A DNA stretch of 64,000 bases from a virus (IMGVR_UViG_2974655256_000001:20530-84529), one strand, 5' to 3'; shown: positions 18,991 to 27,447, counted from the stretch's first letter. The notes: generated by a model not told the origin, from the sequence alone. Program-made: numbers and translations.

Positions 18991-19284
18991 TTAACCTTTA
19001 CCGAAACCTACGAAGCCATCAAATTCATCATTTGAAATACCTTCGCCGTATCCGATACCTAAGATCATTGCATCCATCTTTTTAATCTCCGAGATTTTCA
19101 TGCCTGCTTTACTATTCTTATAGTATTTGCGAGGATTCCCGCACATCCAACAAGAACAGATGCAAGGAGTGGTAGTAATAATGCCTAACCGCTTAGGACT
19201 TTCTTCATGTGGGAAGACTGTCCAATACTTCTTGCGATTGTTTTTCACACGTTGCCGGTGATGGCGTCTTAATGCTCGATCCAC
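18991..19284 (-). CDS. hypothetical Cys-cluster protein (97 aa)
   Basis: CICSCWMC motif. Confidence 0.5.
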   Translation of the reverse strand: MDRALRRHHRQRVKNNRKKYWTVFPHEESPKRLGIITTTPCICSCWMCGNPRKYYKNSKAGMKISEIKKMDAMILGIGYGEGISNDEFDGFVGFGKG

Positions 19285-19365
19285 ACATTTCTCCTAAAAC
19301 TTGGGAGATAAATGGAGTTTGCTCGACTACCTTGCGTAGCTGGGAGAAATCGTATCCAAACCCCA

Positions 19366-19734
19366 TTATATCGCCTGAGTAAATGTACGACTAATAACGT
19401 CGTTCTGTTGTTCACGCGTCAATGCGTTAAATCGAACAGCATAGCCAGAGACACGGATGGTCAACTGAGGATATTTTTCAGGATGTTTCTGTGCATCCAA
19501 AAGCTGATCACGGCTTAACACATTGACATTTAGGTGCTGACCACCCTCGACTTGAGGAACCACTTCCACATCTACAATGCGAAAGGCCTCAGAGTCAAAG
19601 TGAGGTGTGATACCTTCTAGATCTTCAACTAGAACTTTCTGTTTAAGTTCACCATCTTTAGAATATAGTTGAATGATCTGATTGTTATGAACAATGTTAA
19701 TTACGCCAGACTTAAGACTTTGATATGCTTTCAT
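19366..19734 (-). CDS. hypothetical protein (122 aa)
   Basis: ORF. Confidence 0.55.
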   Translation of the reverse strand: MKAYQSLKSGVINIVHNNQIIQLYSKDGELKQKVLVEDLEGITPHFDSEAFRIVDVEVVPQVEGGQHLNVNVLSRDQLLDAQKHPEKYPQLTIRVSGYAVRFNALTREQQNDVISRTFTQAI

Positions 19735-20106
19735 TAGATCTCCCTGATGTTAGAATTTGGCTCAGCTTTTTGTTAACCCAGAAGCAAGATAAAAACTGGA
19801 AGGCAGGCTTGCTTATTATCTAATCACTAGCTACTGTTGGGGTGCTAGCATTCCGGTGAGATTGATGGTCTCGATTAGATAAATAAGCACTGGAACTTTG
19901 ATTTTAACGTTGCGATCTTCCAGGTCTGTTGCAACTACGTGATTGCTCACGCTAAGACAATGGCTATCTAAAGTCCTAGCTTCTACATTTATACTCCTGG
20001 ATAGCATGGAGTTGCAGTCTACTTCCTGCTGTCACGCCCGGCCATTTATAGAATGTGGACTCTCTTCTCAGCAGGATCTGGTACAATGACCTGATCCTCT
20101 GTTTAG

Positions 20107-20179
20107 TAGTTAGTAGTGGATTTGAACCACTGTAGTCACTCCGTATGAAGGAGGTGCATAACCACTCTGCCAACTAACT
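20107..20179 (-). tRNA. tRNA-Met/Ile2 (CAU)
   Basis: cloverleaf, anticodon loop TTCATAC, T-loop TTCAAAT. Confidence 0.65.
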
Positions 20180-20185
20180 ATAATT

Positions 20186-20261
20186 TGGTACTCCGACTTG
20201 GGATCGAACCAAGATTTGACGATTATCGGTCGCCTGTTCTAACCGTTTGAACTATCGGAGC
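20186..20261 (-). tRNA. tRNA-Ile (GAU), C33 atypical
   Basis: T-arm CTTGG-TTCGATC-CCAAG, CCA encoded. Confidence 0.6.
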
Positions 20262-20262
20262 A

Positions 20263-20556
20263 TTACATCATTTCGTCTAAGTAAGAGGTATACTGGTATT
20301 TAGCTTCTCCAGTTTTATCTACTTCGACTTCTGTTCTAGGTACTTTTCGTACCAGACCGTGAATCATCTTGTACTGAATAGACTTAGATGGTTCGTGATC
20401 TTTTGGAAATACTTGTTTAACCGTTACTACTTTGAAGCCTTCACGAGGTGTTAGCACAACAACTTGATCACCTTCTTTTATTTTCCAAGACTCAGGAAAT
20501 TCGTAAGTGTAGCGTTGACCACCCGTTTGGAACACGACAGAAAGATAACGTTTCAT
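20263..20556 (-). CDS. hypothetical protein (97 aa)
   Basis: ORF with promoter upstream. Confidence 0.5.
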   Translation of the reverse strand: MKRYLSVVFQTGGQRYTYEFPESWKIKEGDQVVVLTPREGFKVVTVKQVFPKDHEPSKSIQYKMIHGLVRKVPRTEVEVDKTGEAKYQYTSYLDEMM

Positions 20557-20586
20557 TTGGTTTCCCTCTCATTAATTTATATAAAT

Positions 20587-20615
20587 ATTATAACAAGAAA
20601 TAAGAGAGAAGGCAA
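20587..20615 (-). promoter_or_regulatory. T5-type early promoter (TTGCCT-17-TATAAT)
   Basis: consensus elements. Confidence 0.55.
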
Positions 20616-20630
20616 ATGAATTTTTAAATT

Positions 20631-20705
20631 TGGTGCTCCCACCAGGAATCGAACCCGGTTCAGATGCTTACAAGGCAACTGCATCGCCAGCAATGCTTTA
20701 GGAGC
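20631..20705 (-). tRNA. tRNA-Thr (UGU)
   Basis: loop CTTGTAA, acceptor GCTCCTA/TGGGAGC. Confidence 0.7.
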
Positions 20706-20715
20706 AATAAACCCG

Positions 20716-20880
20716 TTATTTCAACGGAATTTCTTTTTCAAATACAGGAGACTTATCAGACATTACTGTCATAGCCAACTGTTGTAAGAATTCGAAGGAG
20801 AGTTTTAAACGTTCTTCACCCAACTCAACCTCAACGCACTTCATTTGTTTATCTACCTTTAGCTTTAGATTATCAGCCAT
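20716..20880 (-). CDS. small protein (54 aa), start coupled to upstream stop
   Basis: ATGGCTGA overlap with upstream gene; below track cutoff. Confidence 0.35.
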   Translation of the reverse strand: MADNLKLKVDKQMKCVEVELGEERLKLSFEFLQQLAMTVMSDKSPVFEKEIPLK

Positions 20881-21094
20881 CTTCGGGTTCTCTTTGCTCA
20901 GCTATTGCTAGCCAGTCTGGTAAAAGAAACTTAGTACGAAATTCCTCATATGTTTCTTCTGGATGAAAACTATAGCCTTGCTTTTCATCATTTAATAAAA
21001 CCGAACCATCTTCTTGCTCATAAGCTCGATATGTTTCACCAATAATTAAAACTCGTCTATTAGGGTTTTTATTACGAAACTCAAAAACGTGCAT
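20873..21094 (-). CDS. hypothetical protein (73 aa)
   Basis: ORF. Confidence 0.5.
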   Translation of the reverse strand: MHVFEFRNKNPNRRVLIIGETYRAYEQEDGSVLLNDEKQGYSFHPEETYEEFRTKFLLPDWLAIAEQREPEDG

Positions 21095-21110
21095 AACGTT
21101 TCCTTATATT

Positions 21111-21185
21111 TGGTGCGGGATACGAGAGTCGAACTCGTGTCTACTGGTTGGAAGCCAGTTATTCTAGCCACTGAACTAATCACGC
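21111..21185 (-). tRNA. tRNA-Gly (UCC)
   Basis: loop CTTCCAA. Confidence 0.7.
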
Positions 21186-21191
21186 ATAAAT

Positions 21192-21267
21192 TGGCTGGAG
21201 AAGGAGGAATCGAACCTACCATTAACGGAGTCAAAGGCCGTTGTGCTAACCGTTACACTACTCTCCA
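21192..21267 (-). tRNA. tRNA-Gln (UUG)
   Basis: U1-A72, G73, loop CTTTGAC. Confidence 0.7.
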
Positions 21268-21273
21268 ATTGTT

Positions 21274-21349
21274 TGGCTGGGATGCCACGGATCGAACGTG
21301 GAACCTTCGGAGTCAGAGGCCGACGATCTGCCAATTGATCTACATCCCA
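21274..21349 (-). tRNA. tRNA-Gln (CUG)
   Basis: acceptor TGGGATG/CATCCCA, loop CTCTGAC. Confidence 0.7.
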
Positions 21350-21357
21350 ATAATTCT

Positions 21358-21558
21358 TTATTCTACAGGAACCGTTGCAATTGGCTCTGGTTCCTCAAGG
21401 CGTTTACCTTCATGATCAACACGAATAATACCGCAACCTTCACAGATTACTACAGCACCGTAACCTTCTTTAACTTCGGCTTCGGTAATCAGACCGGATA
21501 AATCTCCAGTATCTTTGCCCCACATATCAATGGAACACTCTTTACAGAAATCAGCCAT
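21358..21558 (-). CDS. small Cys-containing protein (66 aa)
   Basis: AGGAG RBS; CKEC...CEGCG motifs. Confidence 0.45.
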   Translation of the reverse strand: MADFCKECSIDMWGKDTGDLSGLITEAEVKEGYGAVVICEGCGIIRVDHEGKRLEEPEPIATVPVE

Positions 21559-21581
21559 TTATAGCTCCTATAGAATTTAGT

Positions 21582-21656
21582 TGGTGCACCATCAAGGAAT
21601 CGAACCTCGACCGCAGAGTTCGTAGCTCTGCATTCTTTCCATTAAACTAATGGCGC
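21582..21656 (-). tRNA. tRNA-Arg (ACG)
   Basis: loop CTACGAA, stem CAGAG/CTCTG. Confidence 0.7.
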
Positions 21657-21661
21657 AAATT

Positions 21662-21738
21662 TGGGGTGGCTAGTGGAATTCGAATCCACATAGGCCTGAT
21701 TCACAATCAGGATCATTAACCAATTATGATATAGCCAC
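21662..21738 (-). tRNA. tRNA-His (GUG)
   Basis: acceptor GTGGCTA/TAGCCAC, C73, loop TTGTGAA. Confidence 0.75.
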
Positions 21739-22239
21739 AATTGAGAACCATTGAGGAGTAGCGAACTCTCTACACTAGAAGCTTGCATGCCCATACCTAG
21801 TGATTAGACCTAGCAGATAGGCGCTACAAGTAACGGCCCTAAATGGTAGACTCAAACAGACAATGATACTCAATTGTGGCGGCTCTCCGAAACTCTTCAC
21901 ACTAACAACTAGTTGATTACTCTTGGATTCTCGCCCAAGAAATTCTCTAGAAAGGCGCACCGTTACTCTTTGAGCCATTGATGTGCCCTGCTGCTCCCAG
22001 GGCTAGCTATTACTTGTACGTTACATACTGGCCATAGCTAGGCGCACCGCAGATCCTATCATATAGTTTATAGTGCGGGAGGACTCATGCACGCACTTTA
22101 TCAAGAAGTAGAAGGACTTGAACCTTCATGAGTTAGACCATTTAACTCAGCCTCGTTTTCGGGTATCTTATTCGGAGTGGATGTTCCGCTTACGCCCTTT
22201 AGGAAGCCCCGTCTACCGGTTCCGGCATACTTCAAGATT

Positions 22240-22334
22240 TGGAGGTAGGTAAGGGGATCGAACCCTTACACCGTATCACTACGATCAACCGATTTCAAGT
22301 CGGAGTCCAGCGCCAGCCGTTGGATTGACCTACC
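22240..22334 (-). tRNA. tRNA-Ser (UGA), long variable arm
   Basis: acceptor GGTAGGT/ACCTACC, loop CTTGAAA. Confidence 0.65.
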
Positions 22335-22718
22335 ATTTAATTCTAGAAAACCTGCATGATGCTCTCTATGACAGTTAGAACATAGAAGAACACATTTACG
22401 CAGTTCAGCTATTACTTTGTCTTTGGCCATATTAGTTGAGGTAATACGTGCCAAATTAAAATCTTTCTCACTTGGGTCTAAGTGATGGAAATCGAGTGCT
22501 GCTTTGCATTTGCTGTATCCGCATACTTCACATGACAGAGATGGAAATACTTCTAGTATTACCTCTTCTGTTTTTCTCTTTCTACGAGAAAGATCACAAC
22601 TCTTGCAAGCTGCTTTCCACTTCTTTCTACCTGAAGCTTGCGTCCCATTAGCATAGAAATACTCTGTAGTAAGAGGGTATTCCACGCTGCAATCTGGACA
22701 TACTTTTGTTTCGTTCAT
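22266..22718 (-). CDS. HNH homing endonuclease (150 aa)
   Basis: HHLDPSEKDFNLA...CSNCHREHH; 3' end overlaps tRNA-Ser. Confidence 0.7.
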   Translation of the reverse strand: MNETKVCPDCSVEYPLTTEYFYANGTQASGRKKWKAACKSCDLSRRKRKTEEVILEVFPSLSCEVCGYSKCKAALDFHHLDPSEKDFNLARITSTNMAKDKVIAELRKCVLLCSNCHREHHAGFLELNGRSIQRLALDSDLKSVDRSDTV

Positions 22719-22734
22719 GCTATCCTATATTATC

Positions 22735-22827
22735 TGGCGGAAGAAGAGAGATTCGAACTCTCAAGCCTGCTTTCACAAGTCAGCCACTTTCCAAGCGGTT
22801 TTCGTCACCAATTCGATTTGCTCTTCC
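22735..22827 (-). tRNA. tRNA-Ser (GGA), long variable arm
   Basis: acceptor GGAAGAG/CTCTTCC, loop TTGGAAA. Confidence 0.65.
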
Positions 22828-22980
22828 ATTAATTATTAAATCTATTACTTCATTAGCAGTGACAGGGAGTACAAGATCAAATACTTTCTGATCGTACTTC
22901 ATACCCCACTCTATAAAAACGTATTCTCCAGTTAACCTATTCTTAGCTAGCCACACGTCTTGTATAGGAGTTTTTATCAT
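22780..22980 (-). CDS. possible small protein (66 aa)
   Basis: AAGGA RBS; C-terminus overlaps tRNA-Ser(GGA). Confidence 0.3.
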   Translation of the reverse strand: MIKTPIQDVWLAKNRLTGEYVFIEWGMKYDQKVFDLVLPVTANEVIDLIINGRANRIGDENRLESG

Positions 22981-22997
22981 TACTGCATCCTTAAAAA

Positions 22998-23084
22998 TGG
23001 TAGGGATGGAGGGACTCGAACCCACACGTATATTTCAACGCTAGAACCTAAATCTAGTGCGGCTACCAATTTCGCCACATCCCC
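22998..23084 (-). tRNA. tRNA-Leu (UAG), long variable arm
   Basis: loop TTTAGGT, stem CTAGA/TCTAG. Confidence 0.65.
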
Positions 23085-23093
23085 ATTTTAATT

Positions 23094-23169
23094 TGGTGGA
23101 GTCACTCAGAATTGAACTGAGTTCTACTACTTGCAAGGCAGTAAGTTTAACCAAATAACCTATGACCCC
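23094..23169 (-). tRNA. tRNA-Ala (UGC)
   Basis: G3-U70, loop CTTGCAA. Confidence 0.65.
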
Positions 23170-23174
23170 AAATT

Positions 23175-23252
23175 TGGTGGAGAATAACGAATTCGAATCG
23201 TTCTGATGTCCTCGGTGCAAGCGAGGTGTCCACTCCCAGCAGACCCATCCCC
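23175..23252 (-). tRNA. tRNA-Ala-like (UGC), imperfect acceptor stem
   Basis: stem CCTCG/CGAGG, loop CTTGCAC, D-loop CTGGGAG; acceptor pairs 5/7. Confidence 0.45.
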
Positions 23253-23491
23253 CAAATTCTTTAGTTTACTAAGGCTATTAGCTCGGCGTAACTACAGCAC
23301 CTTCGCTTCGAGCGGAAGGAACTGCGTCATCTCGCAAACCCGATACACTATTCAGTTGCCGCTGAATCTAGTGGACTAATCTAGAACTTCTCCCGAATTG
23401 TAGGGATCGTGCTTTTTGGCAGCCAGTCCTAGGTCGAGCTAATACCTTAGTGAACTATGATGAGGATTTCTCCCCATCAATTTATATAAAT

Positions 23492-23520
23492 ATTATAACA
23501 AGAAATTAAGCATTAAGCAA
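23492..23520 (-). promoter_or_regulatory. T5-type promoter driving tRNA cluster
   Basis: TTGCTT-17-TATAAT. Confidence 0.6.
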
Positions 23521-23881
23521 GTACATTTTTAGCGATTTCCTGTAGTTCCTTTACATCACGAACGTAAAGGTAATCAGAGCTTCCAGAGTGCATACTTTGC
23601 ATAACCACACCTTCATCTGGTGCATTATCCTTCAAAGTAATTCCTAACCAGAACTCGGCAAAACTAGGTGTTATCTCACCTTGACTTGCCTTGAATACAT
23701 CATATTCTGTAAGTTCTTGACCAGTAGATAATCCCAAATAGACAGAACTAAGATCAATCTCTTTATGAGACTCATAAAATTCCGATAGATCTTTTTCCAT
23801 ATCCCAGCCATGCTGCAACGCGAACTCCATTGTCACATGACCGAAATAACCTTGAATCTTGTTTGATAATTGCATTTGCAA
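23513..23881 (-). CDS. hypothetical protein (122 aa)
   Basis: ORF. Confidence 0.55.
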   Translation of the reverse strand: MQMQLSNKIQGYFGHVTMEFALQHGWDMEKDLSEFYESHKEIDLSSVYLGLSTGQELTEYDVFKASQGEITPSFAEFWLGITLKDNAPDEGVVMQSMHSGSSDYLYVRDVKELQEIAKNVLA

Positions 23882-23900
23882 TTCCTTATTTTGAGTTAAT

Positions 23901-23974
23901 TGGTACTCGGTGATAGAATCGAACTATCACAACCGCCGTGTAAAGACGGGGTTCTCCCATTAAACTAACTGAGC
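23901..23974 (-). tRNA. tRNA-Val (UAC)
   Basis: stem CCGTC/GGCGG, loop TTTACAC. Confidence 0.6.
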
Positions 23975-24107
23975 AAAAGATTTGCTACTAAAAATGCTTC
24001 GAACAGAAATTCACAAAATCCCGCTAAAAACATACCTATTGTAAAATCGGCAGAAAATACATAGGAATCTTTTATTTTCTGCTTCATTAAGTAAAACCAG
24101 ATAGTCA

Positions 24108-24425
24108 TTAAAATCTCTCCATTCTAAAGCCAATGAAGTAAGGTGCATTACACGGAACATGCTTAAGATCTTTAAGAGTAATTTTACGTCCTAAGCGTCG
24201 TTCCATACAAGTGAAACATAGAACAATATCTTTGGGCTGCCCTTTTCTTATCTGATCCCAGACCCAATCTTCAACCATACACATTTCATGGTATTGTTCA
24301 CAGTCTCGACAATAATGACACTGATGTTCTGGTACTTTTTGATTTTTAATACACAGTTCAGTAAAGCGTTTTCCGGCTCTGCCAGACATTTCTGATATTG
24401 TTTCTAGAACTTTGTTAATATTCAT
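24108..24425 (-). CDS. Cys-rich putative Zn-binding protein (105 aa)
   Basis: CHYCRDC...CFTC motifs; hairpin terminator downstream. Confidence 0.5.
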   Translation of the reverse strand: MNINKVLETISEMSGRAGKRFTELCIKNQKVPEHQCHYCRDCEQYHEMCMVEDWVWDQIRKGQPKDIVLCFTCMERRLGRKITLKDLKHVPCNAPYFIGFRMERF

Positions 24426-24441
24426 AACAAATTCCTTTAAA

Positions 24442-24520
24442 TTGGTAGATCGCCTGGGACTCGAACCCAGAACCTTCCGATTAAAAGTCGGATGCTACTA
24501 AACCTATTGAGCTAGCGACC
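24442..24520 (-). tRNA. tRNA-Lys (UUU)
   Basis: loop CTTTTAA identical to E. coli Lys. Confidence 0.65.
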
Positions 24521-24542
24521 TATTAGTAGCCATTATATACTT

Positions 24543-24689
24543 CTTTAATAGAATGGACTTTTAAGTAAGAATGATTAATCCCAAACTCAGCCATTACTTC
24601 TTTTTCATCTTTTCCATAATGTGCAAGTAAGGATCTTGAGGTATTATTACCTAAACGTTTGTCACTTACTACTAATCGAAATACTTTCA
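24543..24689 (-). CDS. small protein (48 aa)
   Basis: AGAGGA RBS; below track cutoff. Confidence 0.35.
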
Positions 24690-24709
24690 TTTCGAAATCC
24701 TCTATTAAA

Positions 24710-24787
24710 ATGGAAGCGGGTGCAGGAATCGAACCTACCTCTTTCTAGCTTATGAGACTAGCGATCTCTACCAGAGATCTAACCCGC
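24710..24787 (-). tRNA. tRNA-Met (CAU), 1:72 mismatch, initiator-like
   Basis: loop CTCATAA; U1-U72 unpaired. Confidence 0.6.
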
Positions 24788-24793
24788 AATTGT

Positions 24794-24869
24794 TTGGTCA
24801 GTGCGGCAGGACTCGAACCTGCGACCCGAAGCATCCAAGACTCCCACGCTACCAACTGCGCTACGCACT
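24794..24869 (-). tRNA. tRNA-Pro (UGG)
   Basis: TAGCGCAGTTGGTAGCG D-arm like E. coli Pro, loop CTTGGAT. Confidence 0.7.
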
Positions 24870-24900
24870 GTTAATTTTTGTTAACTCACTTTATAAAATA

Positions 24901-24929
24901 TATTATACAGATAATTAAGCAGAATAGCA
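24901..24929 (-). promoter_or_regulatory. T5-type promoter driving tRNA cluster
   Basis: TTGCTA-17-TATAAT. Confidence 0.6.
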
Positions 24930-25075
24930 AATGAATTTTTAATAAATTTACTTATTGTGTAGGCCACCTGGAGGCTATCAACCCCACGGCTGACAAAGAA
25001 GTTTGCGAGACTCCTCTTAAATGCCAGAATAGACCCGCCGATCTATCGGAACCTACATAATAAGTAAACTTTCGT

Positions 25076-25264
25076 TTACTTTCCCTTTAAATATTGATAA
25101 GTTTTATCTACTAGTTCTTGCCTAGAGATAATACCATTACGATAATCAGCAATAAAACTGTCTATCCTAGAATCTTTTATTACTACATTATCAGATAGTT
25201 CTGATAATGTATCAGCTAATTTATCTAACTCTTCATAATCCATAGAATCTCCAGAATATGTCAT
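25076..25264 (-). CDS. small acidic protein (62 aa)
   Basis: ORF. Confidence 0.45.
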   Translation of the reverse strand: MTYSGDSMDYEELDKLADTLSELSDNVVIKDSRIDSFIADYRNGIISRQELVDKTYQYLKGK

Positions 25265-25504
25265 TCTAGACAGGACTCGAACCTGTTATCACTTGTGCGG
25301 ACTTACGAGAACCATTCTTTCACTCGAATTGAACGAGCTTCTGCCCTCGCCAAGCTGGTTTCCCCATCAACCACGCTAGAATGTTTGATTGTTTTCAGTG
25401 CAAGAGTCCGAGTCTTGGACACGACCGCTTCGCAAGTACATAGGCAGCTTATCATGAGTCAGCACTTCCGAATTGCTAGCCCCGTGTTCTGCACTGAAAT
25501 TTTA

Positions 25505-25852
25505 TTAGTTTAACCGTAAAGTATTATCTACTTCACCATTAATTGTTCGGCATTCCTCTGGAATTGCTGGTGTGGCCTTGTATTCCCACCACTCAGCACC
25601 ATCATATTCCCCACGTTCTAGCCAAGTTCCGTCGGCAAACCATACATTACCATAAAGTAATTGTCCACCGTATCCAGAGTCATATTTAAAGTCTAGGTTA
25701 TTAAGAAAATCCTCAATATCTTCTTCTGTGTAACCTAAAGGCAGTACCCAAACTTTTTTATCCCCATAATACCCGAATTCTATTTTAATACACTTAACTT
25801 TAGAATTGGTATTTTTTAAGGCGAGTAACAACTCTTCTTTAGCATTACGCAT
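25505..25852 (-). CDS. hypothetical protein (115 aa)
   Basis: ORF. Confidence 0.55.
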   Translation of the reverse strand: MRNAKEELLLALKNTNSKVKCIKIEFGYYGDKKVWVLPLGYTEEDIEDFLNNLDFKYDSGYGGQLLYGNVWFADGTWLERGEYDGAEWWEYKATPAIPEECRTINGEVDNTLRLN

Positions 25853-25877
25853 AGTATATTCTCATACTGAATTAAGT

Positions 25878-25954
25878 TGGCGCGACCGATGGGATTTGAA
25901 CCCACATTCCCTCCCGTGACAGGGGAGTACCATTACCAAGCCAGCCCCGGTCGC
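25878..25954 (-). tRNA. tRNA-Asp (GUC)
   Basis: acceptor GCGACCG/CGGTCGC, loop CTGTCAC. Confidence 0.75.
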
Positions 25955-25963
25955 ATAATTTAT

Positions 25964-26149
25964 TTACTCAGCTTTGAGTTTTTCAATAGCTGCATTAAGT
26001 TCTTTAAGAAACTCTTTTCGTACATTAAGACGATTGAGACTTACTAGTATATCATGTTTAAGTTCTTCGATGTATTTCTTCTCAACTTCAATATTGTTGA
26101 TAGTACTATCACGGTGAACTTCTAGCTGCGCAATTACATTCTTGGACAT
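25964..26149 (-). CDS. small coiled-coil protein (61 aa)
   Basis: ORF. Confidence 0.45.
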   Translation of the reverse strand: MSKNVIAQLEVHRDSTINNIEVEKKYIEELKHDILVSLNRLNVRKEFLKELNAAIEKLKAE

Positions 26150-26251
26150 GCTTGTTTCCTCAGTTATTAATGAAAATGGTATCTGTGGCTGAATTCGATA
26201 TCAGCAATGATAGCTGGTTGGCTACCGGTTTACTTAACTCTACACAGAATT

Positions 26252-26329
26252 TGGCGGTTCCTACTGGATTCGAACCAGCAACCCTCAACTTAACAAGATG
26301 CCGCTCTAACCAATTAGAGCTAAGGAACC
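26252..26329 (-). tRNA. tRNA-Asn (GUU), weak anticodon stem
   Basis: acceptor GGTTCCT/AGGAACC, loop TTGTTAA. Confidence 0.55.
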
Positions 26330-26824
26330 ATATAAGTCAGAACTAGAGTTAATACGTTCTAGATATTTACTAAGATCTCTAGAATTTATACTAAACCACT
26401 CATGTTCTTTTAAATCTTTGAAATACTGGTGAATTAGTTTTTCACCTTTTCGTTTGTCAAACCAAAAAGACCAATGCTCTAACTTATAATCCCTATAAGG
26501 GGAATAAGTCTGATATTGAGCTAATCTCTCTTTTGGATTTTGACTCATGCCTATTTTATACTGATTTTTCCATGCAGGATTACTAATACAGTATACAAAA
26601 CCTTCAGAAATAGGAAGTTTATTTTCCTGCTTAAACTTTATAAAGGAAAGTGCAGCAAGTTTTCTCGAATACATAGTATTTGTATTCTTTTTGGTATTAC
26701 CATTGGTTCCTGAAAGATTTATATATTCTTCCATAAATCTTTGGATTAGTTCTGCGGTTATATAGAAGGGCTCATTAGTAACAACGCCTTTCTTTACCAA
26801 ACTATCAAAAACTTTTGTATGCAC
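26306..26824 (-). CDS. T5orf172-type GIY-YIG-like domain protein (172 aa)
   Basis: GFVYCISN...YKIGMSQN...R motif; 3' end overlaps tRNA-Asn. Confidence 0.65.
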   Translation of the reverse strand: MHTKVFDSLVKKGVVTNEPFYITAELIQRFMEEYINLSGTNGNTKKNTNTMYSRKLAALSFIKFKQENKLPISEGFVYCISNPAWKNQYKIGMSQNPKERLAQYQTYSPYRDYKLEHWSFWFDKRKGEKLIHQYFKDLKEHEWFSINSRDLSKYLERINSSSDLYGSLALIG

Positions 26825-26845
26825 TACTTCTTTCCTTTAGTAACT

Positions 26846-26922
26846 TGGACGACCGCATGAGATTTGAACTCACATAAAAAAGGATTTGCAATCCTTCGCC
26901 TAAGCCATTCAGCCAACGGTCG
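26846..26922 (-). tRNA. tRNA-Cys (GCA)
   Basis: loop TTGCAAA, U73. Confidence 0.7.
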
Positions 26923-26970
26923 GTTTATCTTGTTCTGTCATGTTGCTTCTCCAGTTCAATTTATGTAATT

Positions 26971-26999
26971 ATTATACAGAACTTTTGGAAACTAAGCAA
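26971..26999 (-). promoter_or_regulatory. T5-type promoter driving tRNA-Cys
   Basis: TTGCTT-17-TATAAT. Confidence 0.6.
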
Positions 27000-27279
27000 C
27001 TATATTTTTTAAGAATTTGATGCCTTTCTTTTTCTTCTTATATTTCCACGTTAAGGGATTCTGTCGATTATGAACGCTTGAGATCTTTGTCTCGTCAAAG
27101 TTCTTCAATATCATGTAGTCACAAGATAACTGTTCTAATGGAATGTGATCACCATCAAAAGCATATACATAAGGCTGTTGACTAGTACGATAATGATAGA
27201 CTTTGTTAATTCTACGTTTCAGCGACTTATCCGCGCAGTAAATAAAGAAGTTTTCAGGATGCATCAGCATCTCCTTCAA
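26992..27279 (-). CDS. hypothetical protein (95 aa)
   Basis: ORF. Confidence 0.5.
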   Translation of the reverse strand: MKEMLMHPENFFIYCADKSLKRRINKVYHYRTSQQPYVYAFDGDHIPLEQLSCDYMILKNFDETKISSVHNRQNPLTWKYKKKKKGIKFLKNIVA

Positions 27280-27281
27280 AT

Positions 27282-27356
27282 TGGTGCACCATGTTCGAAT
27301 CGAACGAACCTCTCAAGCTCTTCAGGCAAGCGCTAATCCATCTCAGCTAAAGGTGC
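27282..27356 (-). tRNA. tRNA-Phe (GAA), weak anticodon stem
   Basis: loop CTGAAGA. Confidence 0.55.
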
Positions 27357-27362
27357 AAATTT

Positions 27363-27439
27363 TGGCAAACCTACTAGGACTCGAACCTAGACCGTACGGT
27401 TTTGGAGACCGACATGCTGTCCAGTAACACTCTAGGAAT
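27363..27439 (-). tRNA. tRNA-Trp (CCA), two U-U acceptor mismatches
   Basis: anticodon arm TCGGTCTCCAAAACCGT near-identical to E. coli Trp. Confidence 0.55.
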
Positions 27440-27447
27440 GCAGAAAT

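Noticed and set aside
19976-20173. ORF 65 aa (-)
   Set aside because: Overlaps tRNA 20107-20179 and the ORF-free downstream region. No RBS.
21089-21501. ORFs 21089-21415(+) and 21298-21501(+)
   Set aside because: Antisense to three tRNA genes and a small gene. Artefact of GC-rich tRNA sequence.
21775-21978. ORF 67 aa (-)
   Set aside because: Inside the structured ORF-free region, no RBS. More likely RNA-level function.
25265-25384. 120-nt tRNA with ATTCTAG/CTAGAAT acceptor
   Set aside because: The pairing is produced by a palindromic TCTAGA site. No D or anticodon arms and too long.
25295-25513. ORF 72 aa (+)
   Set aside because: Opposite to the operon direction, overlaps a T-arm element, no RBS.
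26152-26346. ORF 64 aa (+)
   Set aside because: Antisense to tRNA-Asn.
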